A stretch of 64,000 nucleotides of DNA from an uncultured bacterium (GTDB lineage: Bacteria; Acidobacteriota; DATKUA01): NCBI GenBank assembly GCA_965602675.1, contig CBFCZO010000007.1, positions 4,240-68,239 on the forward strand. The letters run 5' to 3'. The stretch's first letter is position 1. Each line of letters begins with the position of its first letter. Positions 9,503-19,005 of this stretch are shown here, piece after piece. The notes beneath the pieces were generated by a model that worked only from the letters and a program-made list of their open reading frames with translations, ran no database searches and had not been told where the DNA came from. The translations under genes and the position numbers were made by a program.

Positions 9503-10477
9503 CTAAAGGTCGAGTTGCCTGCCGATCCCTTTCACAAGAGCGCGCCGGTAAACCAGCGGTGCCGTCGCCATGTCGTCGAGGGCAAGGCCGAGGTTGACTG
9601 AGAATATCCGCTCGTCGTCTCTTTCCCTACCGGGAGATTTACCTGCAACCAGGTCGCCGAGATCCAGAATCCTTTCAGGAATGCCCTTGAAATAGCCGAC
9701 CTCGCGGTAGTAGAGCATCTGTTTCACATCGTCGGTGTAGAACTTGTCGGCGCGCTGGAACGGCTCGTGCTTCCAGTAGGAATCGAAATCGACCGGCGAG
9801 GCGAAAGCCCCCGGCTCGAACCACCCGTCTTCGATCACCGGATCCGGATTCTTTAAAATCGGACCGGCGGTGACGACGATATCGCTGCCCCTGACCGCCG
9901 CCTCGGGTGTTTCTACAATCTCGACCTCGATACCCAGTTCTTCACCAACCTTGTCACGGTAACGGCCGGCTGCTTCTTCGACGATATCGAAGGCTTTCAC
10001 CTTTTTAACGTCGAAGACGCATTTCAGCGCCTCGACATTGCTGAAGCCCTGAACTCCACAGCCCAGCACGCCGACAATCTCGGAATCCCGGCGGGCGAGG
10101 TACTTGGCCGCCACCGCAGTCGCCGCGCCGGTTCTCTTGGCCGTCACCCAGGCGCAATCCATCACGCAAACCGGCACGCCCGTCTCCGGATCGTTCAATA
10201 TCATTAGACCGTTGATATACGGCAAGCCGCGTCCGGGATTCTCGGGATACCCGGATACCCATTTCATTCCGGCCGAGTTGAGCGCGGGAATGAAAGCGGG
10301 CATGGCGTGAATAAATGCATCGGGCCTCGTATGAATTCCGGGTTTGGGGGGCATTTCCACCCTCCCTTCCCCCTTTTCCCTGAACATCATCTCGAGAGCA
10401 TCGATGATCTCCGCCATCGGCACGCCGACGCTCTCCACATCTTCTTGTGAAAGATAAAGAATCCTCTCTCCCGACAT
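9503..10477 (-). CDS. Ornithine cyclodeaminase / mu-crystallin family protein
   Basis: Family-typical central NAD-binding region (…SEIVGVLGCGVQGFSNVEALKCVFD…) and 324-aa size. A GAGGGTG ribosome-binding site precedes the ATG. Confidence 0.75.
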   Translation of the reverse strand: MSGERILYLSQEDVESVGVPMAEIIDALEMMFREKGEGRVEMPPKPGIHTRPDAFIHAMPAFIPALNSAGMKWVSGYPENPGRGLPYINGLMILNDPETGVPVCVMDCAWVTAKRTGAATAVAAKYLARRDSEIVGVLGCGVQGFSNVEALKCVFDVKKVKAFDIVEEAAGRYRDKVGEELGIEVEIVETPEAAVRGSDIVVTAGPILKNPDPVIEDGWFEPGAFASPVDFDSYWKHEPFQRADKFYTDDVKQMLYYREVGYFKGIPERILDLGDLVAGKSPGRERDDERIFSVNLGLALDDMATAPLVYRRALVKGIGRQLDL

Positions 10478-10644
10478 CGATTCACCCTCGTTTCAAACAA
10501 TTCGCCTGCAATAAATTCTCATGGTTCCGGGGGATAATGCAAGAACGCTTACTGCCGGCATGCCGTTGATTGCGAGATAGTCCCTCCTGGTGATATTAAT
10601 TGTCCCTCGAATTTGTTATAAACCACGAATAGTGTGATAACTCA

Positions 10645-12804
10645 GTGAAAAACAAGTCCATAGCGGCGCTCCTTTTCCTCTCGGCTGCAATCTCAGCCTT
10701 ATTGCTGGTCTCCGGATGCGGCGGCGGTGAGACTTCACCGCTTGCAGACAAACCCGAGCGAATCAATGTCCTGTTAGTCACAATCGACACCCTGCGCGCC
10801 GACTATCTCGGCTGCAGCGGCAACGAAGACGTCAGCACGCCGCAGATCGACAGGCTGGCTGCCGAAGGTGTGCGCTTCGCTTTCTGTGTCGCACACAATC
10901 CGATTACGCTCCCGAGCCACATCAATATCCTCACCGGAACTGACGCAAGGATACACGGCGTTCACGACAATCACGGCTTTAGGCTCGGTCCCGAAGCGAT
11001 AACGCTGGCGGAAACCTTGAAAACCGGAGGTTATCAGACAGCCGCCTTCATCGGAGCATTCGTCCTCGACAGGCAATTCGGCCTGGAACAGGGTTTCGAC
11101 CTATATGACGACAATCTCGAAACCGGCTCCCAGGTCCTCCTGCTTGGGCAGGAAAGGCGGGCGGAGGCAGTTGTGACCCCGGCAATTGAATGGATAGCAG
11201 GCCACGTGCAAAGACCGTGGTTTGTCTGGGTCCACCTCTATGATCCGCACGCTCCTTATACGCCACCAGCCCCCTTCGACGAGGAATTCGCATCGAATCC
11301 GTATGCCGGCGAAATAAGTTACACGGACGCAGCTCTGGGAAAACTGCTCGACTACCTGAGAAGCATAAACCTGCTCGACAACACCTTGCTGGTTCTCACC
11401 GGCGACCACGGCGAGGGTCTCGGCGATCACGGCGAGTTGACTCACGGAGTTTTCGCCTACAACACGACCATCCAGGTACCTCTGATTATTAGAGCGCCAT
11501 GGCTGGCCCGGCCGGGGATGGAGATCGAGCGCCGCGTCAGGCACATCGACTTGCTGCCGACTATCGTCGAATCCGTCGGTGGACAGATGCCCGGCGCTGC
11601 TCAGGGTGAATCCCTGCTTCCCCTGTTGCGTGGCAACGAAGAGCTGCCTGTTCCTGACAGCTACTTCGAGGCGCTCAGCTCTTCGTTCGCAAGAGGTTGG
11701 GCGCCGCTGCGGGGCATATACAGCGGAGAATGGAAGTACATCGAGTTACCCCTGCCCGAACTCTACGACATGGAAGCCGACCCCGATGAAACCCGGAATC
11801 TTCTGCAAAACCGGGCCGGAACATCTCAGAGATTGCGAACTACACTGCAAGGCATGACGGAAGATACAGAAACCGCTGTGGACGCACACGTGAGGGAGGA
11901 CGAGGAAACTAGGCGCAGGCTGATGGCGCTCGGCTATCTCTCCGGCTCCCCGCAATCCCTCAAAAACGAATATGGCCCCGACGACGACCCCAAGAATCTG
12001 ATCGAGGTTGATGCCCGCATTGAACGCGCGGCTGCGGCCGCCACCTCCGGCGATCTTGACCGATCCGTCGAAATCTTTGAGGAGCTCGTCGCAGAGCAGC
12101 CCGAGATGGCGATCTCGTATCAACTGCTTGCTAACCTGCTGGTGGAGCTGAACAGGGAAGACGAGGCGATTTCTTATCTGGAGCGGGCTGCCGACAAAGG
12201 CCTCGGCGGAGAGGCTGTCCTCAATCAACTCGCCAGAATGCTGTTACACGCAGGCGAGAGCGACCGCGCCGTGCCGATGCTCGAGGAGTTGATTAATCGC
12301 AACCCCGATGATCTTGACTCCGCAAATGCTCTCGCCTCATGGTATGCCAGGGAAGGAAACGCTGCCAAGGCCGAGTATTTATATGTCAGAATAATCGAGC
12401 GGGGTCCTGCCTACACAAATGCCCGTAGCGGATACGGGTGGATGCTGGCCAGGCAGGAGCGCTTCGAGGAAGCGATCGAACAGTTCAATGCAGCCCTGCA
12501 CTATCAGCCCAACAATCTGATGGCGCTGCACGGCTGCGGCGTGGTTTACGAACAGACCGGTATGCTCGAGAAAGCAGAGGAATCGTTCCGTAGAGTTTTA
12601 TCGCTCAACAATATGCATCATTTCGCCCGCCTGCGCCTGGGTCTCGTTCTGGAGCGCCTTGGAAATCTGCAGGAGGCAAGGGTTGAACTGTCGCGTTTCC
12701 TCGAGCTGGCGCAAGGACCTGAATTCGAGGATGCTCGCAGGCAAGCATCCATTGCGCTGGATAGAATTAATCGTGACGGCTCTGAAAACAGACATGATGA
12801 TTAG
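10645..12804 (+). CDS. Sulfatase-domain lipoprotein fused to C-terminal TPR repeats
   Basis: Alkaline-phosphatase-superfamily sulfatase motifs (…TIDTLRADYLGCSGN… with the CxxR active-site context, and LTGDHGEGLGDHGE…H). The C-terminal ~250 aa are TPR-like. The lipobox is LLVSGC. The only available start is a GTG. Confidence 0.8.
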   Translation: MKNKSIAALLFLSAAISALLLVSGCGGGETSPLADKPERINVLLVTIDTLRADYLGCSGNEDVSTPQIDRLAAEGVRFAFCVAHNPITLPSHINILTGTDARIHGVHDNHGFRLGPEAITLAETLKTGGYQTAAFIGAFVLDRQFGLEQGFDLYDDNLETGSQVLLLGQERRAEAVVTPAIEWIAGHVQRPWFVWVHLYDPHAPYTPPAPFDEEFASNPYAGEISYTDAALGKLLDYLRSINLLDNTLLVLTGDHGEGLGDHGELTHGVFAYNTTIQVPLIIRAPWLARPGMEIERRVRHIDLLPTIVESVGGQMPGAAQGESLLPLLRGNEELPVPDSYFEALSSSFARGWAPLRGIYSGEWKYIELPLPELYDMEADPDETRNLLQNRAGTSQRLRTTLQGMTEDTETAVDAHVREDEETRRRLMALGYLSGSPQSLKNEYGPDDDPKNLIEVDARIERAAAAATSGDLDRSVEIFEELVAEQPEMAISYQLLANLLVELNREDEAISYLERAADKGLGGEAVLNQLARMLLHAGESDRAVPMLEELINRNPDDLDSANALASWYAREGNAAKAEYLYVRIIERGPAYTNARSGYGWMLARQERFEEAIEQFNAALHYQPNNLMALHGCGVVYEQTGMLEKAEESFRRVLSLNNMHHFARLRLGLVLERLGNLQEARVELSRFLELAQGPEFEDARRQASIALDRINRDGSENRHDD

Positions 12805-12838
12805 ACATCAAACGAAAAAACAATCTAGTATAAACAGG

Positions 12839-15022
12839 ATGCGATATTCGAGGAGTACTGTTGTGAATTCGTTCTTGAGAACCGTTACGGCGGCCGTAGC
12901 CGTTTCCGCTGCTCTCGCACTGATTCTGACGGCCGGTGGTTGCAGCCGCGGAGAAGAAACCAAGCCGACCGCGGCTCTGGCCGCAAAGCCGGATAAGATA
13001 AATATCCTGCTGTTGACAATAGACACGTTGCGCACGGACCACCTCGGCTGCTATGGCAACGAGATAGTCGAAACCCCCGAGATCGACCGCATCGCGGCCG
13101 AAGGTGCGCGCTTCGATTTCTGCGTCGCCCACAACACGGTCACGTTGCCGAGCCACATCAATATTCTCACCGGGGAAGATCCCAGAACTCACGGCGTGCA
13201 CGACAACACCGGTTTCCGCCTGAAGCCGGAGACGGTCACGATCGCCGAGATTCTACACGACGCGGGTTACGGCACGGGTGCGTTCGTCGCCGCTTTTGTT
13301 CTCGACAGCCGCTACGGCATCGACCAGGGATTCGATCTCTACGATGACTACTACGGCATTAACCGTCCGGGCAACCCGCTGATCTCCGAACGTCCCGCCA
13401 ATGAGGTGGTCGATCCGGCCCTGCAGTGGATCAAGGGCCAGGGAGATAAACCCTGGTTCGCTTGGATCCATGTTTACGATCCCCACGCACCCCACCAGGT
13501 GGCGGAGCCGTTTGCCAGAAAATTCAAGGATAACCTCTACGCCGGTGAGGTCAGCTTCGTCGACCTCAATTTTGGAAAGGTGTTCGACTACCTGCGCAAC
13601 AGCGGCAAGATAGACAACACCCTGATTATAATCACCGCCGACCACGGGGAAGGTCTCGGCGACCACGGCGAAGACACCCACGGAATATTCGCCTATAACC
13701 CGACACTCTGGATTCCACTGATTATCCGGGCGCCGTGGTCCATACCCTCCGGAACCGTTGTCGAGCGCCGCGTTCGCCACATAGACATTTTACCGACGAT
13801 CCTGGACACCCTCGCAATCGAGGTACCTGAAAATAAGGGAGGCGAGTCCCTTCTTGCAGTGGCGAAGACGAGGGCTCCCGGCAATGCACCCGACAGCTAT
13901 TTCGAAGCCCTCAGCGCCTCCTTCAACAGAGGCTGGGCACCGCTGCGCGGAGTGCTGCACGACAACTGGAAATACATCGACCTGCCCCTGCCCGAGCTCT
14001 ACGACATGGCCGCTGATTTCCAAGAAAAATCGAACCTGATTGAATCCAGGGCGGGGACCGCCGCGTCGCTCCGTCGCATTCTGTCGCAGCTGCGGGAAGG
14101 CGAGGACGACGCATTCGAGTCGCGGATCACAGAAAGCGAGGAAACGCGCCAACGCCTGCGCAACCTCGGTTATCTGACCGGCACAAATGTGATCGATAAA
14201 AAGACGCACGGCCCCCATGACGACCCCAAGAATCTCATCGGACTCAGCAACCGGCTCGACAAGGGCGTCTCGCTGGCCACCGCCGGCAAATGGGATGAAG
14301 CCGAAGAAGTTCTCACTGCCCTGATCAATGAACAACCCGATATGGCGATCGCCTACAAGCATCTCGCGTGGGTTTATACCGATTCCGGGAGGCCTCAGCA
14401 GGCTGTGGAATTGATGGATGCCGCGGCGAAGAGAGGCATCGGCGGTAACGAGACCCTCACAGGCCTTGCGATGGCCCTCCAGGAAGCCGGCGAATCCAGG
14501 CGGTCTGTGGAAATACTCGAGGTGATCCGGCAGGACAATCCCGACGATATCGAGATCCTGCATTACCTCGCGATGGGCTTCGGAAATCTGGGCGAGGTGG
14601 CTAAATCGGAGGACCTGTTCATCCAGGTGCTTGAGCGCGATCCGAGTTTCCTGGAAGCCAGAGGTAACCTCGGCTGGCTACTCCTCGATGGCGGCCGCGA
14701 GCAGGAAGCCATGGAGCAGTTCAACATCGCCCTCAGGCAATTCCCTTATCACGCCAATTCGCTGCACGGAAAGGGATTGATCTATGAACGGTTCAAGAGG
14801 TGGGATGACGCAGTTGCCGCTTACCGTGAAGCCCTGAAAGCCGACCGCAAGCGCTACCCTGCGATGCTGCAACTGGCGATCGTGCTCACCCGTAGAGGCG
14901 ATTTCACAGAGGCGATTCCTCTGCTCGAACAATTCCTCAAAGAAGCTCCGGCAGGCAAGTATCCCGAAGAGCGAGCCGGAGCTCAGCGGCTGCTCAGCAG
15001 GTTGAAACAGCACGGTCAGTAG
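12839..15022 (+). CDS. Sulfatase-TPR lipoprotein, paralog of the preceding gene
   Basis: Roughly 60% identical to the preceding gene over its whole length (…TIDTLRTDHLGCYGN…ITADHGEGLGDHGE…). The six-frame ORF opens at 12659 but overlaps the upstream gene; the ATG at 12839 or the GTG at 12863 (behind GAGGAG) is more plausible. Confidence 0.75.
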   Translation: MRYSRSTVVNSFLRTVTAAVAVSAALALILTAGGCSRGEETKPTAALAAKPDKINILLLTIDTLRTDHLGCYGNEIVETPEIDRIAAEGARFDFCVAHNTVTLPSHINILTGEDPRTHGVHDNTGFRLKPETVTIAEILHDAGYGTGAFVAAFVLDSRYGIDQGFDLYDDYYGINRPGNPLISERPANEVVDPALQWIKGQGDKPWFAWIHVYDPHAPHQVAEPFARKFKDNLYAGEVSFVDLNFGKVFDYLRNSGKIDNTLIIITADHGEGLGDHGEDTHGIFAYNPTLWIPLIIRAPWSIPSGTVVERRVRHIDILPTILDTLAIEVPENKGGESLLAVAKTRAPGNAPDSYFEALSASFNRGWAPLRGVLHDNWKYIDLPLPELYDMAADFQEKSNLIESRAGTAASLRRILSQLREGEDDAFESRITESEETRQRLRNLGYLTGTNVIDKKTHGPHDDPKNLIGLSNRLDKGVSLATAGKWDEAEEVLTALINEQPDMAIAYKHLAWVYTDSGRPQQAVELMDAAAKRGIGGNETLTGLAMALQEAGESRRSVEILEVIRQDNPDDIEILHYLAMGFGNLGEVAKSEDLFIQVLERDPSFLEARGNLGWLLLDGGREQEAMEQFNIALRQFPYHANSLHGKGLIYERFKRWDDAVAAYREALKADRKRYPAMLQLAIVLTRRGDFTEAIPLLEQFLKEAPAGKYPEERAGAQRLLSRLKQHGQ

Positions 15023-15548
15023 ACACTGGATTTATCAACTTGAAGAGATAGATCAAACAACCCGCCGACACCTGCGCTCTCTACCCGCTGGTTTAACGGG
15101 ATTACATCTCGGCTCCTTCCTCCAACCGGACGGCATGTTGCCCCCCCCCTGATAAATCCGAAAAGCGGGCGACGGAATAAACCTCTTATTACCATCATGC
15201 CACAGGACTTGGAGGAAGGAACTCTCGCGCCGCGCTGTGGCCGCTCGCCCGCCAAACTCTGACCGACTCAATAAAACTCCCGAAGCTTAGACAAAACGCT
15301 GAACGCAATATACAAGTTCCCGAATCAATAATACGGTGTAACGTATTCAATATTATACATCGTAAATCATTTATTCTACACCACTTGTAACACTTAATAT
15401 TATAATCGCAATAGCAAATCCATTTATCTGTTGTGGCACTACAGAAATATGTATACACGTACTTGAAGTGTCGATTCATAATTATGTAACCCCATTGTTT
15501 GCAATGGAATAAAATCGCCTATTTGTGTCAACTTTCACCTGCCGCATT

Positions 15549-15564
15549 TGGCACACACATTGCT
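15549..15564 (+). promoter_or_regulatory. Sigma-54 (RpoN) -24/-12 promoter element, TGGCAC-N5-TTGCT, about 145 bp upstream of TBDR-like gene 1
   Basis: Exact match to the consensus TGGCAC-N5-TTGC in an AT-rich leader, correctly oriented. Confidence 0.65.
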
Positions 15565-15708
15565 TCGATATTCTGGTGTAGGGGAAGGGACTTTTTGACA
15601 CCTTTATAGTTATCCCGTCAGCGCGAGGAAAGGAGGGTGTGTGTATCTGGCGCTGTCCCCCGCGAGTAGGGTTTATATCTCATCAAATAGAATTTCTAAG
15701 GAGATGAC

Positions 15709-18495
15709 ATGAAAAAAATCCTCTTAACCGGTCTGTTACTTGCCGTGTGCGCAACGTTCGCGCTGGCGCAGACCACAACGGGTTCGATTTACGGAACCGT
15801 CAAGACTGCCGACGGGTTGGTGATACCTGACGTCAAGGTCTCACTCTCGGCCGAGCACGCTGCCACGATAACATCGATGACAAGCCAGCGTGGTGTTTTC
15901 CGCTTTGGCGAGCTGCCGATCGGCACCTTCACGCTCACCTTCGAAAAAGACGGTTACCAGAAGATTGTCCTGGAAGGTGTAGTGGTCAGAATTGCGGCGG
16001 CATCGCGCGTCGACATGACGCTCGAGGCCTCGGCAGCCGAGCAGGTAATCACGATCACCGGCGAGACCGCCGTTGTCGACCTCAAGAAGACCGGCACGGC
16101 AACCAACCTCTCGCAGGACTACCTCGCCAACATCCCCTCGGCGCGCGACCCCTGGGTCATCATGGATCAGGTGGCCGGCATCAACGTCGACCGCGTTAAC
16201 GTCGGCGGCTCCGAGTCGGGTCAGCAGAGCAACTTCGTCTCAAAGGGCGACGACGGCGACAACGCGATGTGGAACGTCGACGGCATCACCATCACCGACC
16301 AGTCGTCGATGTCCTCGCCCGGCTACTACGACTACGACTCTTTCGAAGAGATGCAGATCACCACGTCCGGCGCCGATGCCTCAATCCAGACCGCCGGCGT
16401 GGCACTGAACTTCATCACCAAGCAGGGCAGCGACACCTTACACGGCCAGGGCAGCGCCTACTATACCGGCGAGAGCCTGCAGGGCGAGAACGTTCCGTCC
16501 GACCTGGAAGCCCTCGGCTATGCCGGCAACCAGATCGACAGCATCAAGGACTACGGCTTCGACGTCGGCGGCCCGATCTGGAAGGGCAACCTCTGGTTCT
16601 GGGGCGCCTACCGCATGCAGAACATCTCGATGCTGGCGATCACCGGCATGGTCGACGCCACCGAGCTGAAAAACTACAACCTCAAGTTCACCGGCCAGGC
16701 AGGCGACCGCAACCGCTGGACCTTCTTCTACACCCGCGGCGAGAAAATCAAAACCGGCCGTAACGCGGCCTGGAACCGCCCGCCCGAGACCACCCACGAC
16801 CAGGGCGGCCCGACCATCCTCTACAAAGTCGAGGATACCTTCCTGGCGACCGACGACCTTATCCTGTCGGGTAAATTCGCCTACGTCGACAGCGGCTTCT
16901 TCCTGATGCCGCAAGGCGGCGACGCCATCCCCTTCCGCGAAGATTCCACCTACATGTACGGCGGCTCTTCGTGGTACTACGACACCAAGCGCCCCGAGTA
17001 CCAGCTCACAGTGACCGGCGAGCAGTATATCGAGGAAGCCTTCGGCGGCAGCCACGAGATCAAGGCCGGCTTCGAGTGGCGCAAGACCCCTGTGACCTCG
17101 CTCTCCGGCTACGGCGCCGACATGTTCCAGGTGCTGTGGGAGGGCGAGCCTTATGAGGTCTGGCTGACCGGAAAGGTCGACGCCAAAAAGGTGGCGATGC
17201 GCACCAGCTTCTACGCGATGGACATCTTCAACATCGACCGCTGGACCTTCAACATCGGCGTCCGCTACGACCGCCAGTGGGGCTACAACCAGGCCGCCAC
17301 GGTCGCCGGCAACCCGGTAATCCCAGACATCATTCCCGATCTCAACTACCAGGGTACCGACACCGTATTTGAGGTCTCCACTTTCGTGCCCCGCATTGGC
17401 GCGACCTACGATGTCTTCGGCGACGGCAAGACCGTTGTCCGTGCCAACTTCTCGATCTACGGCGACCAGATCATGGCCGGCACCGCCGAGCTGGTTAACC
17501 CGGCCGGCTGGCGCGAGGTCGACATGGAGTGGACCGACCTCAACGGCGACATGTACCCGCAGCGCAGCGAGCTGGGCGCGATCACCTGGTGGTACGGCCT
17601 CAACCCGTTCGATTCCACCGCCGACCCATACGACACCGGCATGAGGATCGAGACCAGCCAGCTGCCGCGCACAACCGAGTTCCTCCTCGGCGTGGAACGC
17701 GAAGTCATGCCGGAGCTCTCTGTCGCCGGCACCTTTATTTATCGCTACATAGACAAGTTCAACTGGCGTCCGGACGATGCATGGGTCAACGATCCCTACA
17801 CGCTGGCCGGCAGCGTCAGCCAGGGCGGCTTCACCCGCGAGTACTACGAGCCGACCGTGGACCCGGCGGGCACCTCGGCATTGCAGCCTCAGCCCGATTA
17901 CAACCGTAAGTACATGGGCGTCGAATTCCAGGTGACCAAGCGCCTCGCCGACAAGTGGATGGCCAACGCCTCCTTCTCCTATGGAGACACCAAGGTCTAC
18001 TACGGAAGCGATAAGGCTTATACCGACCCGACCAACATCCCGGTTCTCGACGGCTACTCCTACGCCCCGGAGACCAGCGGCAGCGGCAAGGCTTCCATCT
18101 TCATGAACTCCAAATGGGCCTTCAAGCTGACCGGACTCTACCAGCTGCCCTTCGACATCAACATCAGCGGCTACCTCAGCATGCGCGAAGGCTTCGCCTA
18201 CCCGATCCGCCTGCGCTCACCCTACCGCAATTTCTCGGCCGGCCGCGCCTACGCCCAGGCAGAGCCGATGGGCGAGAACCACCTGCCGTTACTGACGATG
18301 GTCGACTTCCGCGTCGAGAAGACCATTAATGTCAGTGATTTCGGTCGCCTCGGCATCATCATGGACGTCTTCAACCTGCTCAACACCGACACCACACTCG
18401 GCAAGAACCGCGACGGCTGGACCAGCTCATTCGGCCAGGTCACCGAGATCGTCAACCCGCGCATCTTCCGCCTCGGCGTGAGATTCCAGTTCTGA
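15709..18495 (+). CDS. TonB-dependent-receptor-like outer-membrane beta-barrel protein with N-terminal carboxypeptidase-regulatory-like domain (paralog 1)
   Basis: Signal peptide, CarboxypepD_reg-like beta-sandwich (GSIYGTVKTADGLVIPDVKVSL…), a plug-like segment, a long barrel region and the C-terminal …RFQF ending in aromatic Phe. An AAGGAG ribosome-binding site precedes the ATG. Confidence 0.8.
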   Translation: MKKILLTGLLLAVCATFALAQTTTGSIYGTVKTADGLVIPDVKVSLSAEHAATITSMTSQRGVFRFGELPIGTFTLTFEKDGYQKIVLEGVVVRIAAASRVDMTLEASAAEQVITITGETAVVDLKKTGTATNLSQDYLANIPSARDPWVIMDQVAGINVDRVNVGGSESGQQSNFVSKGDDGDNAMWNVDGITITDQSSMSSPGYYDYDSFEEMQITTSGADASIQTAGVALNFITKQGSDTLHGQGSAYYTGESLQGENVPSDLEALGYAGNQIDSIKDYGFDVGGPIWKGNLWFWGAYRMQNISMLAITGMVDATELKNYNLKFTGQAGDRNRWTFFYTRGEKIKTGRNAAWNRPPETTHDQGGPTILYKVEDTFLATDDLILSGKFAYVDSGFFLMPQGGDAIPFREDSTYMYGGSSWYYDTKRPEYQLTVTGEQYIEEAFGGSHEIKAGFEWRKTPVTSLSGYGADMFQVLWEGEPYEVWLTGKVDAKKVAMRTSFYAMDIFNIDRWTFNIGVRYDRQWGYNQAATVAGNPVIPDIIPDLNYQGTDTVFEVSTFVPRIGATYDVFGDGKTVVRANFSIYGDQIMAGTAELVNPAGWREVDMEWTDLNGDMYPQRSELGAITWWYGLNPFDSTADPYDTGMRIETSQLPRTTEFLLGVEREVMPELSVAGTFIYRYIDKFNWRPDDAWVNDPYTLAGSVSQGGFTREYYEPTVDPAGTSALQPQPDYNRKYMGVEFQVTKRLADKWMANASFSYGDTKVYYGSDKAYTDPTNIPVLDGYSYAPETSGSGKASIFMNSKWAFKLTGLYQLPFDINISGYLSMREGFAYPIRLRSPYRNFSAGRAYAQAEPMGENHLPLLTMVDFRVEKTINVSDFGRLGIIMDVFNLLNTDTTLGKNRDGWTSSFGQVTEIVNPRIFRLGVRFQF

Positions 18496-18517
18496 CATCG
18501 GTTGACGTAGAAGCTTC

Positions 18518-18548
18518 AAAGGCGGGGGGATCCACCCCCGCCTTTCTT
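18518..18548 (+). terminator. Intrinsic terminator after TBDR paralog 1
   Basis: GGCGGGGGG…ACCCCCGCC hairpin followed by TTTCTT. Confidence 0.6.
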
Positions 18549-18841
18549 ACACCCCGGGCAACTCGATATATTTGATCTACTCTACTGCTATTTCTACATA
18601 CACTACATTTCGATGGATTAACGATCCATAAAAATCATTGTGCATTTCACCACTTCTGAACCTGCCTCTCCATGACGCCGCTAATGACGGCACCACAGAC
18701 AGTAACGGAACAACCCAGCCCAAATAAATTCTAATTATCGAATACAATTTTTTGTATCAACAATACGAATTATTGAATCAGCGTCGATTGTGAAATCGAT
18801 TAAGTCATTGAATACGCTACATTTATTCATTGGCAACAATC

Positions 18842-18857
18842 GGGCACAATAGTTGCA
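18842..18857 (+). promoter_or_regulatory. Sigma-54 -24/-12 element, GGGCAC-N5-TTGCA, about 150 bp upstream of TBDR-like gene 2
   Basis: The GG-N10-GC core is conserved. Position and spacing are equivalent to those of paralog 1. Confidence 0.55.
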
Positions 18858-19005
18858 TTCTTAATTTGCCAGCGGAGGTTCAACTTTTTGTACAACACAT
18901 CCAACAAATCGTACGGCGCGAAAGGAGGTTGGTGAGGGGGTCCGTACAGTTGAGCCTCATTTATAGGGTGTTTGACTTTTCTAAACAAAAGTTACAGGAG
19001 ATGAC

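Noticed and set aside
12659-12838. 5' extension of the second sulfatase ORF overlapping the first sulfatase gene
   Set aside because: The extension overlaps the upstream CDS by about 145 bp, has no signal-peptide logic and no ribosome-binding site. The internal ATG at 12839, or the GTG at 12863 behind GAGGAG, gives a proper lipoprotein N-terminus.
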